A stretch of DNA of 64,000 bases from Chrysomallon squamiferum. Taxonomy: Eukaryota; Animalia; Mollusca. Below the pieces are notes generated by a model. It was given only the letters and a program-made list of their open reading frames with translations. It had not been told where the DNA came from and did not search any database. Position numbers and translations under genes: made by a program. Numbering within the stretch: the first letter of the stretch is position 1; each line of letters begins with the position of its first letter. This document shows, piece after piece, positions 1 to 15,766 of the stretch. The stretch lies in contig CM022676.1 of the NCBI GenBank assembly GCA_012295275.1, forward strand, positions 11,966,001 through 12,030,000, written 5' to 3'.

Positions 1-109
1 TGTACTGTGTAATATTCTATTCACAGTGTAATAATACTGTACTATGTAATATTCTACTCACAGTGTAATAATGCTCTACTCACTATGATACTCAGTTACC
101 TGTCCACCC

Positions 110-655
110 AATGTATAATTACTGTCTACACTCCTCGGTTTATAACTATTTTCTACACTCCTGTCTACTCGATGTATAACTACTGTCTACACTCCTGTCT
201 ACTCGATGTATAACTACTGTCTACACTCCTGTCTACTCCGTGTATAACTACTGTCTACACTCCTGTCTACTTTGTGTATAACTACTGTCTACATTCCTGT
301 CTACTCCGTGTATAACTACTGTCTACACTCCTGTCTACTCCGTGTATAACTACTGTCTACACTCCTGCCTACTCAGTGTATAACTACAGTCTACACTCCT
401 GTCTACTCAGAGTATAATTACTGTCTACACTCCTGTCAACTCGTTGTTTAATTACTGTCTACACTCCTGTCTCCTCGGTGTATAATTACTGTCTACACTC
501 CCGGCTACTCGGTGTATAATTACTGTCTACACTCCTGTCTACTCGGTATTTAATTACTGTCTACACTCCCGGCTACTCGGTGTATAATTACTGTCTACAC
601 TCCTGTCTACTCGCTGTTTAATTATTCTCTACACTCCTGTCTACTCGATGTATAA
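110..655 (+). repeat. 34-bp minisatellite upstream of the A1 leader exon
   Basis: Unit tataactactgtctacactcctgtctactcggtg. Homologous arrays occur at about 9100-9480 and inverted at about 26180-26340 and 33010-33170. Confidence 0.9.
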
Positions 656-686
656 TTAATGTTGAATTTGAAATTTAATTTAACAG

Positions 687-2310
<1,624 letters not shown>

Positions 2311-2438
2311 ACAACGCAGTGACTCATGTTACACGTACAGTACTCAGTCTTAAATAAACACTAAACCAGTCGTTCAGTTGTCTCCTCTTTTGCATGCATT
2401 TATTTGCAATATACAGTCTATATATTTATCTGTGTGTG

Positions 2439-2535
<97 letters not shown>

Positions 2536-2684
2536 ATGACAGACTTTCTATGTCCCTGTCTTTCTCTTTCACCACTACTACTACCATAAGAATTTAAGCA
2601 AAACAGTAATACTAGCTGAAATAATACAGGTATAGTTCAAGTAGTACTGTGCAGTAAATAATAAAAATAATGATCATAACGATG

Positions 2685-2722
<38 letters not shown>

Positions 2723-4417
2723 CATTTAGTACATCAGAAATTGAGCTAAATGCAAAAATTACATTCTACCTTGGGAAAGCAAAACACAAAGATAGAGCCA
2801 TCTACTGATAGCAGTTTAAATGGGGAGTAATTTTTTATTTCATATTTTTTTGTTTAAATTATAGTTCACTGAAATACTGATGAGATTTCCACTTGCTTGC
2901 ATAGACACAGGTGCTTATTGTGACTTTCTTATTGTTTTATCAATCTTTGTCGATTTTTAACAAATTATAGGTAGCTGATATTCTACGTTTATATAAGCCA
3001 ATAACAACTTTCTTTAAAAAAAAAATGATATCTGTGCCAGGAACAGCTCTTAATGAATATTTTGTGTCTTATTTATTCTAACAGAGTGTTGTGTTCTTTA
3101 ATGCTATGGAAAATGTTAGTGGTGAATTGTTATTATAGGCTGATTATATATATAAAATTGGTATTCCAGATGAAGTTTCCCCTATCCCAAAAATTACCTT
3201 CGATAGAAAGCTATCACATTCATTTTATGATCTACATATATGGATATATCCAGAAAACCAAATGGTTTCACGAATATTGTCTATGTTCAAGCAAAAGTTA
3301 AAGTAAAACTTAATAAGAGCAATTGACAGCACTAACAACAATCAAGAAAAATAATATCACGTGTGAGTCAAACAGATAATAATTCAACTGTTTTCAGTAC
3401 AAACTCTCACTTCATACCGAGCATTTAAAGTAATCTGAAACATTACGCTATCGGTTATAGTTAGTCATTTTAAAAGTGTGTGTAACATTCTGATTAATCA
3501 GATTTTCGTGTTACCTCAGGAAGCGTGGTGGAAGTGTCACGCATACACTCACCTTAGCAACATACTTCATCTTACTCTGGTAAACTCCAGTGCGTTTGTA
3601 TAATACTGTATGTATGTATGTGTGTGTATGTATGTATGTGTGTGTATGTATGTGTGTGAATGTATGTGTGTGTATGTATGTATGTATGTATGTTTGTGTG
3701 TCTATGTATGTATGTGTGCATTTATGTATGTGTGTGTATGTGTATATGTGTGTATGTGTGTTATGTATATATGTGTGTATGTATGTATGTATGTGTGTGT
3801 GTATGTATGTATGTATGTGTGTATGTGTGTGTGTATGTATGTATGTATGTGTGTATGTGTGTATGTATGTATGTATGTTTGTGTGTGTATGTATGTATGT
3901 ATATATGTATATGTATGTATATGTGTGTATGTATGTATGTGTGCATGTATGTATGTATATATGTATGTATGTGTGGTTATGTATGTATGTATGTGTGTAT
4001 GTGTGGGTATGTATGTATGTGTGTGTATGTATGTATGTATGTATGTATGTATGTGTGTGTATGTATGTATGTATGTATGTATGTGTGTGAGTGTATGTAT
4101 GTATGTATGTGTGTATGTGTATGTATGTGTGTATATGTATGTATGTATGTATGTGTGTATATGTATGTATCTGTGAGTATGTAATTTCAACAAATATGTA
4201 GGTACACGTGTTGTACGTGAAACCTGTGAAGGAAAGGGAACTTGATAGGATGAAATATTTCACTATGCTTATTTTATTATTATTTTTTATTATTTTTATT
4301 TTTTATTTTTATTATTATTATTTTTATTTTTTTTTATTATTATTTTTTTTTATTATTATTATTTTTTTAACTTTTATTATTTTTATTATTATTATTATTA
4401 TTATTATTTATTATTAT

Positions 4418-4453
<36 letters not shown>

Positions 4454-6987
4454 ATTATTATTAATTTTTATTATTATTATTATTTTTTTATTATTATTGT
4501 TTGTTTGTTTGTTTATTTATTTAGGTTTCTGCATTTTTATAATAATCAAAACAGGAATAAAGAAAGAATGAAAAAAAAAACGTAAAAGAAAAAAAAAGGT
4601 GAAATTGAATGAAATAAAATAAAATAAAATATAAATAAAATATAAATTAACACCTCACTTTTATGAACATTTGAATGATGTCGTATTATGAGTGTTTGTA
4701 TTGAATTTATTACATTTAATAAAACCGACAAAAGGGGAAATAAAGTTTTATGGTAAAACTTTATTACAATATTTTCGGCATATCAATATACGTGGGTTTT
4801 AGAGCCCATAAATAAACATATATGCATTTAATTATAACCATATAAATATATACATACTTAAATACGTACATATACAGATTCACACAAGAGGCCTTTAAGT
4901 TTCTGCAGTACGAACTTAATCTTTTTGTGCGTACTAAACTGTTGAACAGAAGGTAGGATATATTTATAAGACATTATTTTCAAAATTATTTTTGAATCGA
5001 AACGTTAATACTAATGGAAAGTCTTAATCTTATTATTCTTTTTTTTTATATAAATTTAAGAACTAGAAGATAATTTGAGACCTTTTGTTGACGTCGTCGA
5101 TAACATCCAAGTGTTATGTCAAGTATAACCTTGCAGTGAATTAGAAACACAAGATTTTACATTGCATAAGTTAATACAGTTTATAAATATAAATGTTACT
5201 TAAAAAGATTACAAGCATTTGATGTTTAACTATAATCCTCTGCAATACATTAACTCAGCTAATCCTTGAAAAGTATTCAGTGTACTAATTGGAGGCAATA
5301 AAACGAATACAAGCATGAGTTAAAGACGATTAAAAGCACAGGTGTGATGCGCTTGACATTTGAAGCAGACAAAATAATTTCCTTAGCTTTGTTCTTGCCG
5401 ATTTGAATGCAAACAAAAGTTACCCATTATCTGCCCATTGTTGCAGTTTTCTGCGATCTAACCTAGCGACAAGCAAAAATGATCTGTTTTAAAGCTGATC
5501 AGTTTAAATGTGATTAGTTTTTTTATTCAGCATTGTATCAATACCTGTGAATACACTGGTCTGTTACATAGTATAGTTGGTTGTGCTTACGATTCCTAAT
5601 TCGCCATTTTTGGAAATAATTTTTAAAGGCAAACAATGTCTTAGAATGGAAGAGATAGTAATGGGCAAAACACAATGTTAATTCGTTTATTTCAGACGTA
5701 TTCATATTATTTATATACAGTAAAAGTCAAAACATAACAAAAAACAGTAAGTTATTAAAAATATAATCAACTTAGAAATATAATCATTTTAAATTTCGCG
5801 AGTTTTTTTTTTAGTTGCATATATAATCTACACCCTTTGGCTATAATGTATACTCTAAAAGTAGGAATATTAAAGAAAAACTGACAGCCAACAAGTTTTT
5901 AAAAAATATAAACAACATAAATATAATCATTTTCTAGATGTACATAGAATCTACAGCGATTTGGCTCTGTACAAAACATAACAAATGGCGATTTCACTAA
6001 GCACGTGCTACTTTCAAATGCGGAGCTGTTCTATGCCAAATGCACACCGTAATGTCGCACGTTGTTTGAAACGTAACTGAATGAGCTTTAGTTTGTAGAG
6101 CGACACTATTTTTCGACTTTTTACTCCATACTATTAATGGCTGACCACGGGCGCCGAAAGATCATTAACCTCCACCATGTTTAACACTCTCGTACAAAGG
6201 ACTCATTTAACACACAAGAAAAACAACATCACCGCTTAAAAGAACACATTCTGATCTTTCTTTCCATATATTAGTTTTTCATGGTAGGTTTTACAGAAGG
6301 GAGTGAAGGAAAATGCACGAAACCTGAACTTTTGAGAGCTCGCACGTGATTTTTTCAAGTAGATGACGAAAAATAATTAATTACTTATAATGTCTTCATT
6401 TCGCCTTTGTAGTCATCGAACTTAAGCTGACTACTTTCTGGTCATATGATAATACAAAACCTTGATCGGCACTTCGAGGTGTTTAATAGTGTTTTTCAGG
6501 AATGACGAAGTGACGATAATTCGTGGACAGAAATAAAGAAAAGTCCACTAAAGCTAAATAAATATCTAAATTCTTAAAACAAACAATGCAAACGGATGAG
6601 TGAGAGGCAACAACACTGATGAACTTGTTTTTAGTAATTTATTCATTTTTTAAAAAGAGGGTGTCCGCCCCCATTAATCAGACTCCCAGATAATCTCTAG
6701 CACATTATCTATGTGAATAATGGGCACGGCCCAACAAAACTAACAGAACTATAAGTTCGCATAACATAACGCATAATTTAATAAGTTACATTGTCTAGAG
6801 CACAGCACTGTAAGTTTGCATAACAGAATTTACAGTTAAATAGTTAAAATAAGTTAATACAGTTTAGAGAACAGCACTACAAGTTCACATAACAGAATTT
6901 ACAGTTAAATACTTAAAATAAGTTAATACAGTTTAGAGAACAGCACTGTAAGAAGAAAGCGCTCTCTATCAAGGGTTTCTGTCCATT

Positions 6988-8236
6988 TGTCTAACTTGGG
7001 CTGTTGAAGCTGGCAGTCGGGTGCTGTGTGAGTCCAGTGTCTGTACAAGGCACTTGTCTAACTTGGGCTGTTGAAGCTGGCAGTCGGGTGCTGTGTGAGT
7101 CCAGTGTCTGTTCAAGGCACTTGTCTAACTTGGGCTGTTGAAGCTGGCAGTCGGGTGCTGTGTGAGTCCAGTGTCTGTACAAGGCACTTGTCTAACTTGG
7201 GCTGTTGAAACTGGCAGTCGGGTGCTGTGTGAGTCCAGTGTCTGTTCAAGGCACTTGTCTAACTGGGCTGTTGAAGCTGGCAGTCGGGTGCTGTGTGAGT
7301 CCAGTGTCTGTACAAGGCACTTGTCTAACTTGGGCTGTTGAAGCTGGCAGTCGGGTGCTGTGTGAGTCCAGTGTCTGTACAAGGCACTTGTCTAACTTGG
7401 GCTGTTGAAGCTGGCAGTCGGGTGCTGTGTGAGTCCAGTGTCTGTACAAGGCACTTGTCTAACTTGGGCTGTTTAAGCTGGCAGTCGGGTGCTGTGTGAG
7501 TCCAGAGTCTGTACAAGGCACTTGTCTAACTTGGGCTGTTGAAGCTGGCAGTCGGGTGCTGTGTGAGTCCAGTGTCTGTACAAGGCACTTGTCTAACTTG
7601 GGCTGTTGAAGCTGGCAGTCGGGTGCTGTGTGAGTCCAGTGTCTGTTCAAGGCACTTGTCTAACTGTTGTTGAAGGCTGTTTAAGCTGGCAGTCGGTCGG
7701 GTGCTGTGTGAGTCCAGTGTCTGTTCAAGGCACTTGTCTAACTTGGGCTGTTGAAGCTGGCAGTCGGGTGCTGTGTGAGTCCAGTGTCTGTACAAGGCAC
7801 TTGTCTAACTTGGGCTGTTGAAACTGGCAGTCGGGTGCTGTGTGAGTCCAGTGTCTGTTCAAGGCACTTGTCTAACTTGGGCTGTTGAAGCTGGCAGTCG
7901 GGTGCTGTGTGAGTCCAGTGTCTGTACAAGGCACTTGTCTAACGGGCTGGGCTCGGGTGCTGAAGTCCAGTGTCTGGCAGTCAGGGGTGCTGTGTGAGTC
8001 CAGTGTCTGTACAAGGCACTTGTCTAACTTGGGCTGTTGAAGCTGGCAGTCTGGCAGTCCAGTGCTGTGTGGGCTGTCCAGTGTCTGTCTGTAAAGGCAC
8101 TTGTCTAACTTGGGCTGTTGAAGCTGGCAGTCGGGTGCTGTGTGAGTTCAGTGTCTGTACAAGGCACTTGTCTAACTTGGGCTGTTGAAGCTGGCAGTCG
8201 GGTGCTGTGTGAGTCCAGTGTCTGTTCAAGGCACTG
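6988..8236. repeat. 67-bp GC-rich tandem repeat (about 18 copies)
   Basis: Unit ctaacttgggctgttgaagctggcagtcgggtgctgtgtgagtccagtgtctgtacaaggcacttgt, period 67 (6991, 7058, ...). Confidence 0.95.
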
Positions 8237-8398
8237 TCGAAGGTACAGGACGAAGGCTCCAAGTGCGGCGGGGTCTTGTCTCAGGACTGTATTGGTGTAG
8301 ATGGCAGGCGGTGATGTGGTAGTTCTTCACGGTTTCGTTTCCGTAGTGTACTTAAGGACCTGATGCCAGTGACGTCTGTAGGAGGGAGGGTGTGGTCA

Positions 8399-8580
8399 GT
8401 TCACTGAGCTATCCCAAACAAGAGTTAGCATCAATTAAACAGTGAAATATCAAGTTCACTGAGCTATCCCAAGCAAGAGTTAGCATTAATTAAACAGTGA
8501 AATACCAAGTTCACTGAGCTATCCCAAGCAAGAGTTAGCATCAATTAAACAGTGAAATACCAAGTTCACTGAGCTATCCC
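8399..8580. repeat. About 55-bp tandem repeat (about 3 copies)
   Basis: Unit gttcactgagctatcccaagcaagagttagcatcaattaaacagtgaaataccaa. Confidence 0.85.
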
Positions 8581-8849
8581 ATGATAGCAACAGTGAGGCC
8601 AGCCAATCAAACTAACTACACTGGCTCACAAACTGTCTAACAAACTGTGTAAGAAACTGTCTCACAAACTGTCTAACAAACTGGTGCCGGAGAAATGGGG
8701 TGAAACCTGAAAGAGTAGTTCCGGTCTGGTGAGGAAAAAACTTCCGGTTTTCTGGTCTTTCCAGATTTCAGGACGCCGGATAATTGGTCCGGTACCTGTA
8801 ATACCATACTCAGTATCTAACAATTTTACTAAAAAAGTATAGTTTAATA

Positions 8850-9480
8850 ATGCTCTACTCACAGTGTAAACATCTTGTATTATGTAATATTCTACTCACA
8901 GTGTAATAATGCTGTACTATGTAATATTCTACTCACAGTGTAATAATACTGTACTATATAACATTCTACTCACAGTGTAATAATCCTGTACTATGTAATA
9001 TTCTACTCACAGTGTAATAATACTGTACTATGTAATATTCTACTCACAGTGTAATAATGCTCTACTCACTATGATACTCAGTTACCTGTCCACCCAATGT
9101 GTAACTGATGTGTACAGTCCTGTCTACTTGGTGCATATCTACTGCTTACATTCCAGTCTACTCGGTGTATAATTACTGTCTACACTTCTGTCTACTCAGT
9201 GTATAACTACTGTCTACACTCCTGTCTACTCAGTGTATAATTACTGTCTACACTCCTGTCTTCTCGGTTTATAACTACTGTCTACACTCCTGTCTACTCG
9301 ATGTATAACTACTGTCTATACTCCTGTCTACTCCGTGTATAACTACTGTCTACACTCCTGCCTACTCAGTGTATAACTACTGTCTACACTTCCGGCTACT
9401 CGGTGTATAATTACTGTCTACACTCCTGTCTACTTGCTGTTTAATTATTCTCTTCACTCCTGTCTACTCGATGTATAATT
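8850..9480 (+). repeat. 37-bp plus 34-bp minisatellites upstream of the A2 leader exon
   Basis: ctactcacagtgtaataatactgtactatgtaatatt units followed by the 34-bp unit. Matches positions 1-655. Confidence 0.85.
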
Positions 9481-9509
9481 AATGTTGAATTTGAAATTTA
9501 ATTTAACAG

Positions 9510-9886
9510 ATGCAGATGTCTTCTGTGATTTTCCTTTCATTGGTTACATCGGTGAATCACGTGATATGTGAGTTCATTATTTGTAATCACATCAACAACG
9601 GCAACAATAACAGCTTTGATAATGATAACAACAACAACACTAAAATACAATGACAGTTATAATGACTGCAAAACATCCACTACAACAACAAAGACAAAAA
9701 CAATAACTACTGCTACAACTACCACCAGTACTACTTCTGCTGCTGGTATTACCACTACTATTACTACTACTACTACTACTACTACTATTACTACTATTAC
9801 AAAAACTACTACTACTATCACCAGTACTACTACTGCTACTACTATCACTAATAGAAAAAGAAGAAAAAGAAGAGGAAGAAGAACAG

Positions 9887-9956
<70 letters not shown>

Positions 9957-10024
9957 AAGAAGAAGAAGAAGAAGAAGAAGAGAAGAAGAAGAAGAAGAAG
10001 AAGAAGAAGAAGAAGAAGAAGAAG

Positions 10025-10056
<32 letters not shown>

Positions 10057-10108
10057 GAAGAAGAAGAAGAAGAAGAAGAAGAAGAAGAAGAAGAAGAAGA
10101 AGAAGAAG

Positions 10109-10140
<32 letters not shown>

Positions 10141-10162
10141 GAAGAAGAAGAAGAAGAAGAAG

Positions 10163-10194
<32 letters not shown>

Positions 10195-11446
10195 GAAGTA
10201 GAAGTAGAAAAGTAAAATGACCATAAGAGTCATTCACCGCAACAACTACAACAACAACAACACAAACAATAAGGAAGAAAATAATCTGAGTTCACTTGAA
10301 ATATTTTCAGTTTACACTTTGGGCTCATATCAAACATTCTGAGTATACAGGCTGAGTTGACACGAAACATTTTCAGTACACGCTATCAATTGTTGTCAGC
10401 TTATTTCAGCTGTGTACGTAAGATTCTCACTAATCAATACAAAAAATATTTCGTGTCTACAGGTTTTGGACAGGTAGTGCTTACCTATAGTACCAACAAG
10501 GCCATACCAAACAGAAATTTTACGTTCACGTGTGCAGTACACGTGCATTACAGCGCGTTTGTCGTGAAATTCTACGAGGCAGATTCGCACGGCAGTAGGC
10601 TGAGGTATGGTAACGTATACCAGACACGGGATGGGTACTGTGGAGCAATGATTAAGCAATGGCCGAACGAGAATGACGTTACCTGTGGACTGAACACAGA
10701 GAAGAACGGCTTAGTGTGGAGAGTGTACCACTATACAATCGAGAGAGTTGGACGTCTGCAGTGGTTACCCGAGGTTACGTTCTGGAGGTGTCAGGCATCT
10801 TCTCAGAAGAGCAATGCACTCCGTTTTACCAAAGCGAAAAATCGTGAGTTTTATGTATTTATCAGTTTTATTATCTTCCATCACGTCTTTTATCGATTCA
10901 TGACTGTTTTTTTTATTTTATTTTTTAGTTAAAACTGCATCATTTTATTTAATTTTTTTTTTTACTATTATTCATTTCAAATATATGATATAGACTAGTA
11001 TATGTTTGTCGTGATAACAATTAAAATTTTCATGACCAAGGAAATTGAATACAATATTATATTGAAATTTTGCAGATGATGGGACTGGAATAGAACTAAC
11101 TGCTTCAGACAGCGTTCTCGTACCAGAGTCGACCGTGGAACTGACGTGTTCAGTACCGAAAGATAAAGTGTCTTGTCCAGTTATCACTTTCTACAGAAAA
11201 GACAAATATTCTGAGAAATTCCATGAACCTTACGCCAGATTCCAGCAGAATAATGGTGAGTGTCTTTTACTAGACAACAAAACAGAGTTTGAAATGAGGT
11301 GCGGGGAAGGCACACGTGAAAGTGACCCGAGAGTAAGAAAATACCATCTGGTCATCAGCCGCGAGCAAATTAATGAGACTACCTGGCGATGTGGAACTGA
11401 AGAAGGCGAAACGAGTAACAAGGTTTTCCTAACAAGTGTAACGTAG
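9510..11446 (+). CDS. Secreted two-Ig-like-domain protein, gene A2 (divergent paralog of A1)
   Basis: Exons 9510-9567 (MQMSSVIFLSLVTSVNHVI), 10463-10843 and 11076-11446. Phase-1 GT-AG junctions and the same Cys pattern as A1. AATAAA at 11528. Confidence 0.85.
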
Positions 11447-13380
11447 ACGTCCTGTAGATTGCAACAAGTGTAATGTAGACGACGACATCCTGTAGATTGC
11501 ATGTAACACGTCCACTATACAGTTTTAAATAAAAGCAAAATCAGTCATTTTGTTTTCTCCTTTTTTACATACATTTATTTGAAATACACTGTTCAATATC
11601 ATCTTTCTCTCTCTATGTTTATCTATCTATCTATCTTTCTATCTATTTATCTCTATCTTTCTATGTATCTATCTATCTGTCTGTCTGTCTATGTATATAT
11701 CTATAAATGTGTGTGTCTGTGTGTCTCTTTCTATGTATGTGTTTGTGTGCTTCTGTGTGTCAAATCATGTGTTTGTGTGTTTCTCTGTGTATGTGTTTGT
11801 GCGTGTGTTTCTGTGTCTGTGTATGCATGTGTTTGTGTGTTTCTGTGTCTGTGTATGTGTTTGTGGGTGTGTTTCTGTCTCTGTGTATGTATGTGTTTGT
11901 GTGTTTCTGTGTCTGTGTATATGTGTGTGGGTGTGTTTCTGTGTCTGTGCATGTGTTTGTGGGTGTGTTTCTGTGTCTGTATCTGTGTTTGTGGGTGTGT
12001 TTCTGTGTCTGTGTTTGTGGGTGTGTGTTTCTGTGTCTGTGTATGTGTTTGTGGGTGTGTTTCTGTGTCTGTGTTTGTGGGTGTGTGTTTTTGTGTCTGT
12101 GTATGTTGTTGTGTGTTTCTGTGTCCGTGTATGTGTTTGAGAATGTGTTTCTGTGTCTGTGTATGTGTTTGTGGATGTGTTTTTGTGCTGCTCAGAAAAT
12201 AGGTCTGTTTTTTGTTTCACGTAGACAGATATTATTGGAGGCGAGTACCAAGCTGAATTTATATACAGATTGACTGAAACAGCTATGATGGATGCTATTT
12301 CACTGTTTACTAAATGATATATTTTTTTAATTTATAAATATATTTACTAAAGATCACTTGATCACTGGTGTTTAGTAAATCATTGTTGTCTTTTTTTCAG
12401 TTTCATTAAATCTATTCACTGCTATAGACATCTGCAGTTCCAGAGATAACACGCTTTAGAAATTTCACAAGAATGATTTTTGTTTTACTTTTTTTATTTC
12501 ATTATGTATGATTTCATTTTATTTATTTATTTATTTTGTTTGTTTGTTTGTTTGTTTGGTTGTTTGTTTGTTTATTTATTTATTTATTTTGTTTGTTTGT
12601 TTGTTTATTTATTTATTTAATTTGAATTATTTATTTGATTTGTTTTCTTGTCATATATTTATTTGCTTTATATTATTTTATTTTTGATTTTCTGTTTTGT
12701 TTTGATATAATGTAAAACTTTTTTTTTGTCAATATTTATTTATAAACACGTAAAAACTTTAAAATATAAATAAATAAATAAATAAAATTTAAAGAAATAA
12801 ATGCCATTACTAAAACATTAATTAAACTATGTTAATTTGAACAAGAAATAAAAAGGAAACAAAATAATGTAGGTAAATGAATGAATGAATGAACGAATTC
12901 AATGAATAAACTAACAAATAAATAGATAAAGTTGCAAGTGAAAACAATTGTTAGTAATTATTTAGCGACACGGAAAATATTTTTGACTAATTTAAATTTT
13001 TTAGTGAAATGAAGTGAAAACAGAGATAAACTGAGACAGTATACATATGTATATTCCCTGCGGATCACCAATTGGTAGAGAGGTAAATATGTAGATGTAT
13101 ACACAGGCAGATAGACACACAGTTAAATAAATAGAAATATAGACAGATACATAGATAGATAATAAATCAAAACGGGTATCATGCTTATCATCATCTTTGT
13201 TGTTATTGTTGTTGTCGTTGGTCTGCTTATTTATTTATTTATTTAAAACGAGTGCGTTTGTAGATAAATACATTTAATGTCAGCCATAAAATAAAATAAT
13301 GAAGGATATGAGAACAACAGAAAAGAAAATGGTATAATAAAAATTAGGGTATGTTGTCAGTTTGTATACGTGTATATGTA

Positions 13381-13423
<43 letters not shown>

Positions 13424-13904
13424 TATACATACATACACACACAGAAGCATGCAGTCATACTTACACAGATGCATTCATAGAAAGAAATAGAAACATACGT
13501 GCGTAAAATATACAGAAAACGAATAACTGTTTTTCAGTGGTCAAGCAAATTTTCTCATTCTAAGACAACTGCTCCCTGAAAAATAATAGACCTCATATAA
13601 AGTGAAATTGAGAGTGCGTAGTTCTCTAGCAAAGCTTTGTACAGGTTCACTGAAGAATTCTTACAACAGTTCGCTGAAACTTTTCAGTTTTCACACGTTT
13701 ATGTGTGGTGCTAATCCGTTTACATCTGTGCAGAATGTGTCAGTTTTCGCGCTGTCTGAACAATCTCAACACATGCTGTGATGCTTCTTGGTATTTTCCA
13801 ATATTCTGGTTTATTTCCAGATCATCAGAGCTTGTTCACGCTGTAAAATGTCTAGAAACTTCCAGAAATCCAGACGGCTGGTGCCAGTGTTTGACTGGAA
13901 GCGA

Positions 13905-14420
13905 CAGTGCCACCCTTCCACGACGTTGTTAGTCCGCGACGTTGTTAGTCCACGACGTTGTTAGTTCGCGACGTTGTTAGTCCACGATGAATTCTCTTCC
14001 AACCGCTGGTGCACGCTCCCCGCTGGCGACCGATGACGTTGTCCTCAAAGTACACAGAGTCATCATCATCAGCTTCAAAAGCTGCTGTTACTGCATCCAC
14101 TGGAACGAATGCACTTGCAGCTATCAGCAAAGCAAACTCTTTATCAGTATTGTAACGAATTGCCAGACTAATGAGTTGAATTTGGCGCCTGATGAAAGAA
14201 GCATCCAGTCACAATACAGTTTAGCTGTACAGACGCGTTGTCTTCTTCCTTCACACTCGTAAGAAATCTATCCACCTCTGACTTCCTTATGTCGGACATA
14301 CACACAGTTTTTGAAGGCAAGACTCAGTGAACTCCGTATTATAGAATGTAATAGTTTTGCCACAAGGCGTGACCTTGGATATTGTTTCATTCATCTCAAT
14401 TATACATCACTGGCCAAATC
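13905..14420 (-). mobile_element. Internally deleted Mutator-like (MULE) transposon remnant
   Basis: The minus strand gives YVRHKE..YECEGRRQRVCTAKL (FLYWCH-like), VTGCFFH and AFVPVDAVTAAFE..YFEDNVIGRQRG, which resemble animal MULE transposase motifs. 15-bp subterminal repeats (cgacgttgttagtcc) lie at 13919-13987. Confidence 0.7.
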
Positions 14421-14477
14421 AAAGGAATCGTTAGCATTTAATTAGCCAGAATTAGTTCTATTATTATTATTATTATT

Positions 14478-14791
14478 TTCTATGATTTCATGCTTTAATT
14501 CAATGGACATCATCCGCTTCTTCTTCTCAGCACTGTCCTTTGCACTCACATTCTTAGGATCCATGGTAACACAACAGAAATGCTTCCACGGCGAGATAAC
14601 CACGTGAAGGAAAACAAGTGAGACTTGGAGGATGTTGTGTTGTTCGTTGCGCCAACTAGCGGCGGCGTGTCTGAATCTAGCTCGTAACTCGGATTTTGGC
14701 TCGCAATTCAAAGCAAAAAATCGACCGGGCGGCTGCTCGTAACTCAGAAAACTCGTAAGTTGGAGCACTCGTAACTCTAGGTACCACTGTA
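14478..14791 (-). mobile_element. 5' fragment of a pogo/Tigger-like (Tc1-mariner) transposon
   Basis: End TA|CAGTGGTACC.. with ttacgag subterminal repeats. ATG at 14564 gives MDPKNVSAKDSAEKKKRMMSIELKHEIIE, resembling a CENP-B/psq HTH start, and is truncated by an (AAT)n tract. Confidence 0.8.
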
Positions 14792-15713
14792 TGTATATTA
14801 TTATTCAACAATATATATATAGTATTATGGGTGATATATAGAGCGATTTTCTTATACACTATACGGTGTAACTTGAACTGAGGTAATGATGGCGTCATTC
14901 TAAAACGTTACTGAAACATTACATGAATAAATGTGAGATGGTAGATCTTTATTTGTGATAAGATAAGAAGAAAGTATCAACCCATCATCCATCGTATTTT
15001 GAAAGTGAGTAATTCTATCAGTGTGATGTTTACATTTCACTTTGTTTTGTGTCTCAACTCACCCGTCTTACTGCGTCCTGTTGTCAACAGAAAGTACATA
15101 AAAGGGTTTTAGTTTTTAGAATTTCAAATCGAATCATAAAAACACGGGCAGAATAATAAAGTGATATTTATCACATAGAATGAAAGTGGCTAATCCACAA
15201 CAGAACTATTTTTAAATATTATATGCAAATAGATTAATTAGTGTACAAGACACTGACAATAAGAAAATATGAATAATTAAGAGCATTTATTTTATTAATT
15301 TCAGTATTTTATTTATTTATTTATTTATTTGTTTGTTTGTTTTTGTTTTTTGACTATTTATTTATCTATCTATCAATATATATTTACTTGTTTATGCTTT
15401 CTTTCTTCGTTCATTCAATCGTTCGTGTATTTATTTACTTCCAGAAACAAGTAAGTACATACGTACTTTCACAGATGAATTCATTCTCCAGCGCAGATAT
15501 TATAACAACAAACAAACAAGCAAACAAAAAATGTATATAAATAAAATAAAATAGAATAAACATTTCCATTTGATGTCTTATTTTTTAATATTTTCTTTGT
15601 TATCATTTAGTTAATGACTGGACATTCTGGTCTTCAAGCACAAACTGAATTTCTCTCTCAGTGAGAACTTGTATAATACGTGCCTCTATTTGATGATGAT
15701 GATGATGATGATG

Positions 15714-15766
<53 letters not shown>

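Noticed and set aside
3511-4263. Long YVCM/HTYI ORFs (also 11579-12273, 55940-56469, 61842-62445)
   Set aside because: (TATG)n and (TG)n simple repeats that are open in several frames.
5300-6700. Non-repetitive segment that might be a transposon
   Set aside because: No ORF, terminal repeats or recognisable motifs could be identified by eye.
6988-8236. Possible CRISPR array or repeat protein
   Set aside because: Units are contiguous with no unique spacers, the 67-bp period is not a multiple of 3, and the context is eukaryotic.
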